Below, one piece after another: positions 24,536-32,000 of a stretch of 32,000 nucleotides of DNA. Source of the stretch: Candidatus Nanohalobium constans (GTDB lineage Archaea; Nanohalarchaeota; Nanosalinia; Nanosalinales; Nanosalinaceae); NCBI RefSeq assembly GCF_009617975.1, contig NZ_CP040089.1:150001-182000 (forward strand). Direction: 5' to 3'. The notes under the pieces were generated by a model that saw only the letters and a list, made by a program, of their open reading frames with translations, was not told the origin of the DNA and made no database searches. Both the position numbers and the translations under genes were made by a program. The number at the start of each line of letters is the position of its first letter. The first letter of the stretch is position 1.

Positions 24536-24883
24536 ATGAGCGAATTAAAACAAGTGATTGTCCTACGCAGCGATCTGGATATGTCAACCGGCAAAATGAT
24601 TGCCCAAGCCTCTCACGCGTCGTTAAAGGCTTATAAAAAAGCTGACGATGAGTTGAGGGCTGACTGGGAGAGCCAAGGAGGAAAGAAAGTGGCTCTTAAG
24701 GCGGGCGAAGATACTTTCCAGGAAAAATTGGAGGAAGCAAAAACTTTACAAGTGCCGGCTGCCTTAATCACCGATGCTGGTCACACAGAGGTACAACCAG
24801 GAACGAACACGGCTCTGGGTATTGGACCAGCGACTTCAGATAAAATCGATCAAATTACGGGCGAACTAAAATTAATCAAATGA
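24536..24883 (+). CDS. pth2: Peptidyl-tRNA hydrolase, archaeal Pth2 type
   Basis: KQVIVLRSDLDMSTGKMIAQASHASL...ALITDAGHTEVQPGTNTALGIGPA matches the Pth2 family along its whole length of 115 aa. Confidence 0.88.
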   Translation: MSELKQVIVLRSDLDMSTGKMIAQASHASLKAYKKADDELRADWESQGGKKVALKAGEDTFQEKLEEAKTLQVPAALITDAGHTEVQPGTNTALGIGPATSDKIDQITGELKLIK

Positions 24884-26085
24884 ACGAAGAACCTGAGGAG
24901 ACAGAAGAAATGGAAGAAGACTCTATCATCGATATAGACTTCACCAAAATGGACTGGAACCATTACTCGGATACTTACGGAATTAAAGGAGAAATCAAGG
25001 AACAGGTAGATGATTTCATAGTTAAAGAACTTGCTTCTCATGATACTGGAGAAGGCGATCATCTTATCGTCAAGTTAAGAAAACAGAACATGACTACGAT
25101 GGATGCGGTCGATAAACTCTCCAAGATGCTCCATATTTCTCGAAACAGGATAGGCTACGCAGGCAACAAGGACAAGAGAGCGGTCACAGAACAGTACGTT
25201 TCTATCCAAGGCGTTGAAGAGGAAGAAGTCAGAAATGTATATACTGACGAGTTTGACATTGAGGTAATCGGGAAAGGAGGTAAGATAGGACTGGGAAATC
25301 TCTCCGCCAACAGGTTTGAAATAACTGTAAGAAACCTCAAGCTGCCTGCTGACGATATAAAAGATAGAAGCCAAAAGATTGTTGATGAACTTGGTGGAAA
25401 GATGCCTAACTACTTTGGTGAGCAAAGATTTGGTTCGGCAAGACCTATAACTCATCAGGTCGGACGCTTAATTCTTAAAGGAGACTTTGAAGAAGCAGTG
25501 TGGACGTACATTGCTAAGCCATACGATGAAGAGTACAAGTCAATCAGAAAGGTTAGGGAAGAGCTTTGGGAGACCAGAGAGGTTGAAGGAGCAGCAGAAA
25601 GGTTCCCAGAGAAATTCCAGTATGAAAAGACTCTGCTGTATCACCTGACCAAGAACCCTGGAGACTATCAAGGGGCTATCAAGAGACTGCCTGAAGGTCT
25701 TCAAACACTTTTCGTCCACGCTTATCAATCATGGATTTTCAACAGAACTCTTTCTCGCCTAATTGAAGAAGACTGGTACGATGAAGAATACGAGATTCCT
25801 CTTGTAGGGTACAAAACAGAATTCAACGACAACAAGCCGGATGAAGTTCTCCAAGAGGTTATGGAGGAGGAAGAGGTTGATAGAGACGATTTCAGGCTGC
25901 CAGAGGTACCTGAACTTGCCTCCGAAGGCAGTTTGAGAAGGGCTTTTGCAGACTTCAGAAACTTCAAGGTAGCAGAAGTAGAAGAGGACGACCTTAACAT
26001 GGCTAAGAACAAGATGCGCGTAAGATTTGACCTTCCGAAAGGATGCTACGCAACAGTATTCCTACGCGAAATAATGAAGAACTAA
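24880..26085 (+). CDS. truD: tRNA pseudouridine synthase TruD/Pus7 family
   Basis: GYAGNKDKRAVTEQYVSI (catalytic Asp motif), NYFGEQRFG and AYQSWIFN. ATGA overlap with pth2. Confidence 0.85.
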   Translation: MNEEPEETEEMEEDSIIDIDFTKMDWNHYSDTYGIKGEIKEQVDDFIVKELASHDTGEGDHLIVKLRKQNMTTMDAVDKLSKMLHISRNRIGYAGNKDKRAVTEQYVSIQGVEEEEVRNVYTDEFDIEVIGKGGKIGLGNLSANRFEITVRNLKLPADDIKDRSQKIVDELGGKMPNYFGEQRFGSARPITHQVGRLILKGDFEEAVWTYIAKPYDEEYKSIRKVREELWETREVEGAAERFPEKFQYEKTLLYHLTKNPGDYQGAIKRLPEGLQTLFVHAYQSWIFNRTLSRLIEEDWYDEEYEIPLVGYKTEFNDNKPDEVLQEVMEEEEVDRDDFRLPEVPELASEGSLRRAFADFRNFKVAEVEEDDLNMAKNKMRVRFDLPKGCYATVFLREIMKN

Positions 26086-26115
26086 AAATTCGAGTCCAAT
26101 ATCATTTGATAAGCC

Positions 26116-27552
26116 ATGGAGATTCGGGAAATAACTGAGGAAATAAAACCGGTTCACTTGGCAGTGATCTCCATATTCTTGCTAGGTTTCTTAGCAGGTC
26201 TTCTCCCGGTAAACACAGGATACCATTACTGGGATGAAACAGTATACCTCCAGCATGGCGAAATATTGGCAGGGGAGAGCCCGAACACGTTTAATGAATT
26301 TGATATAAGACCTCCGTTATTCTCATTGATGCTTGGAGCTGTCTTCTCGTTAAGCCACAGCATTGTATCCGCCCACATTTTCGTGGCTGCCTTTTCAGCA
26401 ATAGGAATATTACTTACCTACTGTCTTGGCAGAGACCTTTTCGACAGTAAAGTCGGAGTTGGAGCAGCCCTCATATATGCACTTTCTCCTTTACGAATAA
26501 AGATGGCAGGAGATATAATGGTAGATGCCTTATTGCCTGTACTATGGTTGATGACAATTTTCATATTCTACAGAGCCACTCAATCATCTGAAAGAAGGCT
26601 TACTAGTTTCATGTACTTTTTTACCGGAGTCTCAGCTGGTCTGGCTGTGCTCATGAAGTTCACTTCGCTAGTTATCCTTCCGATTTTAGGCATATCGCTT
26701 CTAGCTTTTAAATCGTTTGAAGGGTTTAGAAAACCTAAAAAACTGGCTTTGGATCTTTTAATGGATAAAAATAATTATTTGGCTGTAATAGGTTGTGTTT
26801 TCACGATGTCTCCCTACCTGGTGTGGAGCAAGTTGACTTATGGCGGTTTTTTCTCTACATTTATCTATGCTTGGTCGGATAGAGGTCTAACTGATCCTAT
26901 GATGACCTATTTAACAAGCCTTGATGTTCTTATACCGTCCGTCTTCTTTGCAGGCTCCCTGATTTATATTCTAACTATGGATGCCGACAGGTTTGAGAAT
27001 TTCTTGCCTCTGATTGTCCCAGGGTTTTTCTACCTGATTATGCAGTTTGTAATAAGGAATAAAGAGCCGCGTTTCCTCCTTCCTGCAATACCTTTCGCTG
27101 CTATCCTCGCATCTGCCGGCTTTAGAAACATTTTTACCGATAAAAGGTTCTACATCTTTTTGATTCTATCTGCTCTTGTATTTACTCCAACAATTTCAAC
27201 TGAAGCTGGTGAAGGTGTTTTAGAACATGGTACTACATATTCCTCTACTTATTATCCTGAGGCTCAGACAGCATTATGGATGAGGGAAAATACTTCTGAG
27301 GACGCGGTGCTTTACACGAATTTCCATGAGCCGATACTGGGTTACTACTCTAAGAGACAGATAATGCAGCTGCCTAACTACCATAGCTTTGAGCAGCTTT
27401 TAGACAACTACTTCAATCAGTCAGGATATGTTTACTATGCCAACAGCACAAGATTCCAGAACCCGTCATATGAGGAAATGGTCTCGCGATCGGACTTCAG
27501 TAAAGTAAAATCTTTCAGTGGTAAATCTCATCTCTTTTACTACAGCAAATAG
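26116..27552 (+). CDS. GT-C fold membrane glycosyltransferase (ArnT/PMT-like, GT39/GT83-like)
   Basis: 478 aa with about 11 predicted TM segments. The first-loop acidic motif is HYWDETVY, and there is a soluble C-terminal domain of about 100 aa. This is the typical dolichyl/undecaprenyl-phosphate-sugar dependent GT-C layout. Confidence 0.7.
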   Translation: MEIREITEEIKPVHLAVISIFLLGFLAGLLPVNTGYHYWDETVYLQHGEILAGESPNTFNEFDIRPPLFSLMLGAVFSLSHSIVSAHIFVAAFSAIGILLTYCLGRDLFDSKVGVGAALIYALSPLRIKMAGDIMVDALLPVLWLMTIFIFYRATQSSERRLTSFMYFFTGVSAGLAVLMKFTSLVILPILGISLLAFKSFEGFRKPKKLALDLLMDKNNYLAVIGCVFTMSPYLVWSKLTYGGFFSTFIYAWSDRGLTDPMMTYLTSLDVLIPSVFFAGSLIYILTMDADRFENFLPLIVPGFFYLIMQFVIRNKEPRFLLPAIPFAAILASAGFRNIFTDKRFYIFLILSALVFTPTISTEAGEGVLEHGTTYSSTYYPEAQTALWMRENTSEDAVLYTNFHEPILGYYSKRQIMQLPNYHSFEQLLDNYFNQSGYVYYANSTRFQNPSYEEMVSRSDFSKVKSFSGKSHLFYYSK

Positions 27553-27647
27553 CTTTCGCTGAAGAAGGGTTGAAAGTTAATCTGTTTTCTGTTGCAGTGG
27601 ACGAATTATTCTTTTATCAATATTCTGGGGTAATCTAAACTCACACC

Positions 27648-28862
27648 ATGGAGTTAATTGACCTGACCTATTTTGCTGTATTTGGAGTAATGATTTTTTC
27701 CGCTTCCATGATGCTATCTGTCTACCTATTCAACCGCAACAGGGTCAAGACCGATCCTGAGACATCCACATTTCCCTCACTGACTTTTCTCGTACCAGCA
27801 TACAATGAAAAGGAACATGTCAGCGACTGCATAAATTCTCTGTTAAACCAGAGCTATGAAGGAGAAATTGACATAATTGCGATAAACGATGGATCTGAAG
27901 ACTCAACTCTCGAAGAACTGGAAAAATTTGAAGACGAGATAGAGATAATCGATAAGCCGAACACAGGCAAAGCTAATTCAATGAACCAGGCTCTTGAAAG
28001 AGTGGATACTGATCTCGTGGCCTGTATGGATGCTGACTCCATAGCCGATAAAGACATGGTGAAAAATATGGTTGGATACTTTGAGGAGGAAGATGTGAAA
28101 GGTGTGACGCCTGCTATGAAGGTGCGTAACCCTGAGAGTTGGGCGGAAAAGATGATTTGGACGGAGTTCACATACAATATACTGTTGAGAAAACTTTTCG
28201 CGATTTTTGACGCCCAATGGGTTATGCCAGGTCCAGGAAGCATCTATGAAACACAGTACCTGAAGGAACTGGACGGATGGGACGAAGAAACATTGACAGA
28301 GGACATGGAAATAGCCTTCAGAATGTTCAAAAACGGAGGTAAACTGAGAAGCACCACGAACGCATTCACTATAACCGAATCTCCTGATAGTTTTAGAGGA
28401 CTGTTTAATCAACGCCTGAGATGGTACAGGGGCTACATCAGTAATAACCTTAGGTACAAGGATCTCTGGTTTAATCCCCAGTTTGGAAATCTTGGTCTTG
28501 TTATACTGCCTTTTAACTTGATTCTAACTTCTACAATTGTTTTCCTAGCATCCCACATGGTGATACGGATTTTCAACTCTATTTTTGACGCTGTTAACAA
28601 CTATCTTTTGCTTGGATCATTTTCACCAGGTTTCAGGTTAAGCATCTTCCAGCTGTCTGTTTTCCACATATTTTACCTGGTTATGGGCATAACAGGTTTT
28701 GCGATGCTGGTGTTGAGTATAAAGAGTGCTGATGAGAAATTTAAATTACTGGAACGGAAAGTACATTATGTGTTGTTTTTGAGTATTTACGGACCGACCT
28801 ACGCAGTATTTTGGATCGCTGCTCTAATCAAAGAGATCGCAAATGGAGGTAAAGAATGGTGA
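27648..28862 (+). CDS. Processive family-2 beta-glycosyltransferase (polysaccharide synthase-like, D,D,D,QxxRW)
   Basis: N-terminal TM helix, then LVPAYNE, INDGSEDST, MDADSI (DxD), LTEDMEIAF (TED) and QRLRWYRG (QxxRW), followed by about 4 C-terminal TM helices. Confidence 0.8.
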   Translation: MELIDLTYFAVFGVMIFSASMMLSVYLFNRNRVKTDPETSTFPSLTFLVPAYNEKEHVSDCINSLLNQSYEGEIDIIAINDGSEDSTLEELEKFEDEIEIIDKPNTGKANSMNQALERVDTDLVACMDADSIADKDMVKNMVGYFEEEDVKGVTPAMKVRNPESWAEKMIWTEFTYNILLRKLFAIFDAQWVMPGPGSIYETQYLKELDGWDEETLTEDMEIAFRMFKNGGKLRSTTNAFTITESPDSFRGLFNQRLRWYRGYISNNLRYKDLWFNPQFGNLGLVILPFNLILTSTIVFLASHMVIRIFNSIFDAVNNYLLLGSFSPGFRLSIFQLSVFHIFYLVMGITGFAMLVLSIKSADEKFKLLERKVHYVLFLSIYGPTYAVFWIAALIKEIANGGKEW

Positions 28863-29509
28863 AAAGAAATTTTGACTGGGAATACGTCGTAATAGGATTA
28901 CTAACTACAGTAATACTGATTGGAACAATCTTCCTGGCAGGCAAGCAACTCAGCGACCACAAGGTTGGTGCTCTTGAACAGGAAATTCAGGAAATAGAAG
29001 TTGATCAACGCTCGCAGCTCTTATCGTACCAATTATCAACTGAATCAAATCCGAGCTGCAACGCAATGAAAAAATGGGTTAACGGAACTGTAAAGGAATC
29101 TCAGGAGCTTAGGAAAGACGTAGCACAGTACGAAAACTCTAGGAAAATTAAGAACTCTAAGTATTCTGTTTTGAAAAAGAGATACATGAATTTGCTGGTG
29201 CAGAACCTTTTACAGGTAAAGAGGTTGGAGGAGAACTGTCAGCAGAACTACACTGAGGTAGTCTACTTCTACTCAAACGACTGCCAGACCTGTAAGGATC
29301 AAGGAGCAGTCTTATCACAGACAGCCAGAAACAGTAACAACACTGTAATCTATCCGCTTGACACTAGCCTCAACATGGATACAATAAACTACCTTGAAAC
29401 CAAATACGGAGTCGAAGAGTATCCTGCTCTGGTTATAGATGAGAAACTGTACACAGGCTTCAGAGGAAGAAACGACCTAAACCAGATAATAGAAAACTCC
29501 TCTGAATAA
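28856..29509 (+). CDS. Membrane-anchored thioredoxin-fold protein with a CxxC motif
   Basis: N-terminal TM helix (VVIGLLTTVILIGTIFLAG), a coiled linker, then VVYFYSNDCQTCKDQGAVL...YPALVIDEKLY, which resembles a thioredoxin/glutaredoxin-like fold. ATGGTGA overlap with the GT2 synthase gene. Confidence 0.55.
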   Translation: MVKRNFDWEYVVIGLLTTVILIGTIFLAGKQLSDHKVGALEQEIQEIEVDQRSQLLSYQLSTESNPSCNAMKKWVNGTVKESQELRKDVAQYENSRKIKNSKYSVLKKRYMNLLVQNLLQVKRLEENCQQNYTEVVYFYSNDCQTCKDQGAVLSQTARNSNNTVIYPLDTSLNMDTINYLETKYGVEEYPALVIDEKLYTGFRGRNDLNQIIENSSE

Positions 29510-29525
29510 AGGTATTTGCCTCCAA

Positions 29526-30593
29526 ATGATTTCAGTCATAACCCCCACATATAACGAGAAGAAAAACCTAGAACAACTTTTCCATAAAGTAGACAACGCC
29601 CTGAATCATCGAGACTACGAAATTCTTCTTGTAGATGATGACAGTCCGGATGGTACGGCTGAAAAAGCCGAGGAACTTTCACAGGACTATCCTGTAAATG
29701 TATTCGTCCGGGAAAAGGACCATGGGCTATCTCAAAGTGTAATAAAAGGTTTTGAAGAAGCCAAAGGAGATCAAATTGTCGTGATGGATGCAGACTTGCA
29801 GCATCCTCCAGAAAAAATACCAGAACTTATCCAGAAACTCTCGGGCTCCGATATCGCAGTAGGTTCTCGGTTCAAGGAAAAGGATTCGGTTGAACACTGG
29901 AAGCTTTCCAGAAAGATTATTAACAGGGGAGCCGCTATTCCCGCAAAAATCGTGATGTATCCTATGCGGCTCTCAGATCCTATGAGCGGGTTCTTTGCAT
30001 TCAATAAGGATGCTGTTGACTCAGAAAACTTGGATCCTGAAGGTTTTAAGATACTGCTTGAGATTCTTCACTGCAATGATCTGGATATTGAAGAGGTTCA
30101 GTTCAGCTTCGGAGAAAGAAAAAGTGGTGATTCAAAGCTTGGACTGGCTGAAATAGTAGAGTACATGGAGCATGTCGGATCAATACTGTTCAACCGGCTA
30201 GGCTTAACCAGACCCCAATCCAAAAGACTGGTGAATGCAGCTGAATTTATGGGTGTCGGTGCTACAGGAGTACTAGTTAACTCAGTCATATTTCTTGCAG
30301 CAATCCAAAACAACTTTCACTACAGTATTGCAGGAGGATTAGCATTTCTAGGTGCTCTGCAGTGGAACTTTTTCTGGAACAGAGAAATAACTTTCTCCAA
30401 ATCCACTAAATCCTTCAAACACCAGTACACATATTTCTTCCTAGTCAATTTAGGAGGATTCGCCATCTATGAAATCCTGCTATTTGTACTGATCGGATTG
30501 CTGAATGTCTGGGAGCCTGCAGCAAACATCGCCGCAATATTCGGAGGATTCCTGTTAAACTTCTTTGGATCTGAGAAACTGGCATTCGAGTAG
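29526..30593 (+). CDS. Dolichyl-phosphate sugar synthase (Dpm1-like GT2) fused to a GtrA-like membrane domain
   Basis: ISVITPTYNEKKNL, LVDDDSPDGT and MDADLQHPPE form the GT2 Dpm1-like core. The C-terminal 120 aa (GVGATGVLVNSVIFL...LQWNFFWNREITF...) is a 4-TM GtrA-like domain. Confidence 0.8.
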   Translation: MISVITPTYNEKKNLEQLFHKVDNALNHRDYEILLVDDDSPDGTAEKAEELSQDYPVNVFVREKDHGLSQSVIKGFEEAKGDQIVVMDADLQHPPEKIPELIQKLSGSDIAVGSRFKEKDSVEHWKLSRKIINRGAAIPAKIVMYPMRLSDPMSGFFAFNKDAVDSENLDPEGFKILLEILHCNDLDIEEVQFSFGERKSGDSKLGLAEIVEYMEHVGSILFNRLGLTRPQSKRLVNAAEFMGVGATGVLVNSVIFLAAIQNNFHYSIAGGLAFLGALQWNFFWNREITFSKSTKSFKHQYTYFFLVNLGGFAIYEILLFVLIGLLNVWEPAANIAAIFGGFLLNFFGSEKLAFE

Positions 30594-30624
30594 CTTAAAA
30601 AGACGAAGCCTCAACAATCAGGAT

Positions 30625-30909
30625 ATGAACAATCAAACCAAAATTTTCTTAGCAGCAATATTTCTAGGACTGATCACGGGTTTTGTCGCATCATCGATGC
30701 AGCAAGAACCAAAACAATCATACTGCGAAAAAACCGAGGCTGCTATAAAGCAAAACACAAGTCTCTCAGGAGCTATAGCCTGTTTTGAACCAGGAACCGT
30801 AGAGTTCAACTTAAGTGATAAAGTAGAGGAAAGCGCAGAACTTAAATGCGTCTGCAGAAGAAGCTCTGAAGGAGAAGTACAGTTCTGGGCGATTAACAAA
30901 GCCCTTTAA
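30625..30909 (+). CDS. Small membrane-anchored Cys-containing protein
   Basis: MNNQTKIFLAAIFLGLITGFVASS anchor followed by about 70 aa containing 4 Cys. The ATG at 30625 avoids the 29-nt overlap implied by the track start at 30565. Confidence 0.4.
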   Translation: MNNQTKIFLAAIFLGLITGFVASSMQQEPKQSYCEKTEAAIKQNTSLSGAIACFEPGTVEFNLSDKVEESAELKCVCRRSSEGEVQFWAINKAL

Positions 30910-31811
30910 TCTCTAAACTCATTATTCAAGGATACCTTGTTGCTTCTGCCTTCTTTCTCCTTTGAAACGATATCTTCATCTACCAAGGTTGACACAACTC
31001 CAGAAATCTTAGCCTTGGAATACTCAGACTCCTCAACGATATCCTTCTGCAACATCTCACCGCCCTCTTCTTGCAACATTTCCACAACCAGTCTGCAATC
31101 CTCTGACAACTCATCCAACTGATTTGAGGTTTTAACCGCATTCTTCCGTCGATAAACCATGTACGAAATCAAAACTATCAGCAACAAACCCAGTACACTT
31201 CCAGGAATTATCAGAGAACTGTCCTCTTTTTCCTTTTCCTGAAGCGGTTCGTAAAGAACTTTGTAGTTAACAGGCTCTCCCAGTTCTGGCTGACTGTTCC
31301 ACTCTACAAAAAATCTTCTGCCATTCATATTGCCAAGCTCTCCGGTTTCAGGGTTTACAACGCTTGTGGTGGCATTAGCTTGGTCAACTAAGCCAGTTCC
31401 TTCGGGAAGAATCACTTTAAAACTGTAATTTTTGATCGGTCGGTAGATTGACTGGCTGTAACGGAAAACGCTTATATCGCCTTGGGAAGTGGTCAAGCCG
31501 CTTGTAGTGTAGTCTATATTTACTGTGAAATTCTCTGAGACAGATGTATCGCAGTTGATGTTTGTACCGATAGCTAATTCAGTGTTACTGCATTCTACTC
31601 TCTCTCCGTTAATCTTAACTCTTAAATCGTCTACGGGGTGTGAGGTCTGATAGTTGAATGTGGTAGTAGTCAAAGTATCTACCTTCATGACAACTGAAAC
31701 ATTGTTATCTCTTAGATCAACAGCTACATCTTCCTGAGAGATAGTAGTAGCTGCTCCCAAAGAAACTGTCAACAATACTAAAAAAGTTAAGATCAAGTAT
31801 TTTGTTTTCAT
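30906..31811 (-). CDS. Membrane-tethered winged-helix protein with an extracytoplasmic N-terminal domain (COG2512-like layout)
   Basis: Signal/anchor MKTKYLILTFLVLLTVSLGAATT, a beta-rich domain of about 170 aa, the TM helix IIPGSVLGLLLIVLISYMVY, then a cytoplasmic wHTH-like LSEDCRLVVEMLQEEGGEMLQKDIVEESEYSKAKISGVVSTLVDEDIVSKEKEGRSNKVSL. Confidence 0.6.
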   Translation of the reverse strand: MKTKYLILTFLVLLTVSLGAATTISQEDVAVDLRDNNVSVVMKVDTLTTTTFNYQTSHPVDDLRVKINGERVECSNTELAIGTNINCDTSVSENFTVNIDYTTSGLTTSQGDISVFRYSQSIYRPIKNYSFKVILPEGTGLVDQANATTSVVNPETGELGNMNGRRFFVEWNSQPELGEPVNYKVLYEPLQEKEKEDSSLIIPGSVLGLLLIVLISYMVYRRKNAVKTSNQLDELSEDCRLVVEMLQEEGGEMLQKDIVEESEYSKAKISGVVSTLVDEDIVSKEKEGRSNKVSLNNEFRD

Positions 31812-32000
31812 TGTTCTTCTGTCGACTTAGATACTAAAACGCCTCCTACACCCATCTGTGCATACTTATGCATCACATCTGCAACCTGCTGAAGGCTTTC
31901 CTGACCTTCCTTCAAATCCATCTCATACTTCTCAGGTCCCTCAACCTGGACATAAGTCGGTCCATAATCAAATGTGACCTGAATGCATTTTCTGAATGTC
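31808..32000 (-). CDS. Hypothetical protein, C-terminal 63 codons (5' end beyond the window)
   Basis: Not in the track because it is edge-truncated. My minus-strand translation is ...TFRKCIQVTFDYGPTYVQVEGPEKYEMDLKEGQESLQQVADVMHKYAQMGVGGVLVSKSTEEQ-stop. Its TGA overlaps the ATG of 30906..31811 (ATGA). Confidence 0.4.
   Translation of the reverse strand, partial: TFRKCIQVTFDYGPTYVQVEGPEKYEMDLKEGQESLQQVADVMHKYAQMGVGGVLVSKSTEEQ

Noticed and set aside
24387-24587. 66-aa minus-strand ORF
   Set aside because: It overlaps the 3' exon of tRNA-Val and the start of pth2, and has no coding-like composition.
9903-28412. Numerous 60-145-aa antisense or off-frame ORFs inside glyS, pgk, the M20 peptidase, trpS, pheS, pheT, truD and the GT2 gene (for example 11091..11390, 12169..12414, 14150..14563, 17226..17609, 25725..26012, 27854..28243, 27978..28412)
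   Set aside because: All are nested in genes with strong family motifs. They have Ser/Leu/Phe- or Arg-rich low-complexity translations and no independent start or promoter context.
1-32000. Search for CRISPR arrays, rRNA genes, transposases, integrases, reverse transcriptases and long direct or inverted repeats
   Set aside because: I saw no regularly spaced repeats and no recognisable IS, integrase or RT motifs in any frame. The only repeat found is the 26-nt duplicate at 12864/13140, reported above.

Overview
Dense (about 90% coding), roughly 42% GC archaeal chromosome segment. The proteome is very acidic (D/E-rich), and together with the small gene sizes this suggests a halophilic DPANN or nanohaloarchaeon-like organism; that placement is inference only. 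Most of the window is translation and RNA-processing housekeeping:
- AspRS (partial; absent from the supplied ORF track because it runs off the edge), GlyRS, TrpRS, and PheRS alpha and beta.
- Pth2, TruD/Pus7, tRNA-splicing endonuclease EndA, RNase HII, PGK, NDK and a dUTPase-family protein.

The features I consider most interesting, none of which I can show to be a new system:
1. All three tRNA genes are interrupted, with four introns in total. tRNAi-Met carries two, and tRNA-Leu has an insertion in the D-loop. The only visible EndA has the size of the homotetramer type.
2. Two free-standing double-motif LAGLIDADG endonuclease genes each abut an intron-containing tRNA gene. Together they bracket a 1.9 kb block of three accessory-looking genes.
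3. A well-formed C/D box sRNA candidate lies in the dut downstream spacer.
4. Two frameshifted genes: a SAM methyltransferase, and a GNAT-like ORF whose 5' end is also duplicated about 280 bp upstream. There is also one internally deleted histidine-phosphatase remnant.
5. An orphan HerA/DUF87 ATPase has an unusual C-terminal extension.
6. A cell-surface glycosylation cluster combines a GT-C enzyme, a processive GT2 synthase translationally coupled to a membrane-anchored CxxC protein, and a Dpm1-GtrA fusion.

No CRISPR array, rRNA, transposase or integrase was seen. All functional calls rest on motif recognition by eye, not on database searches.
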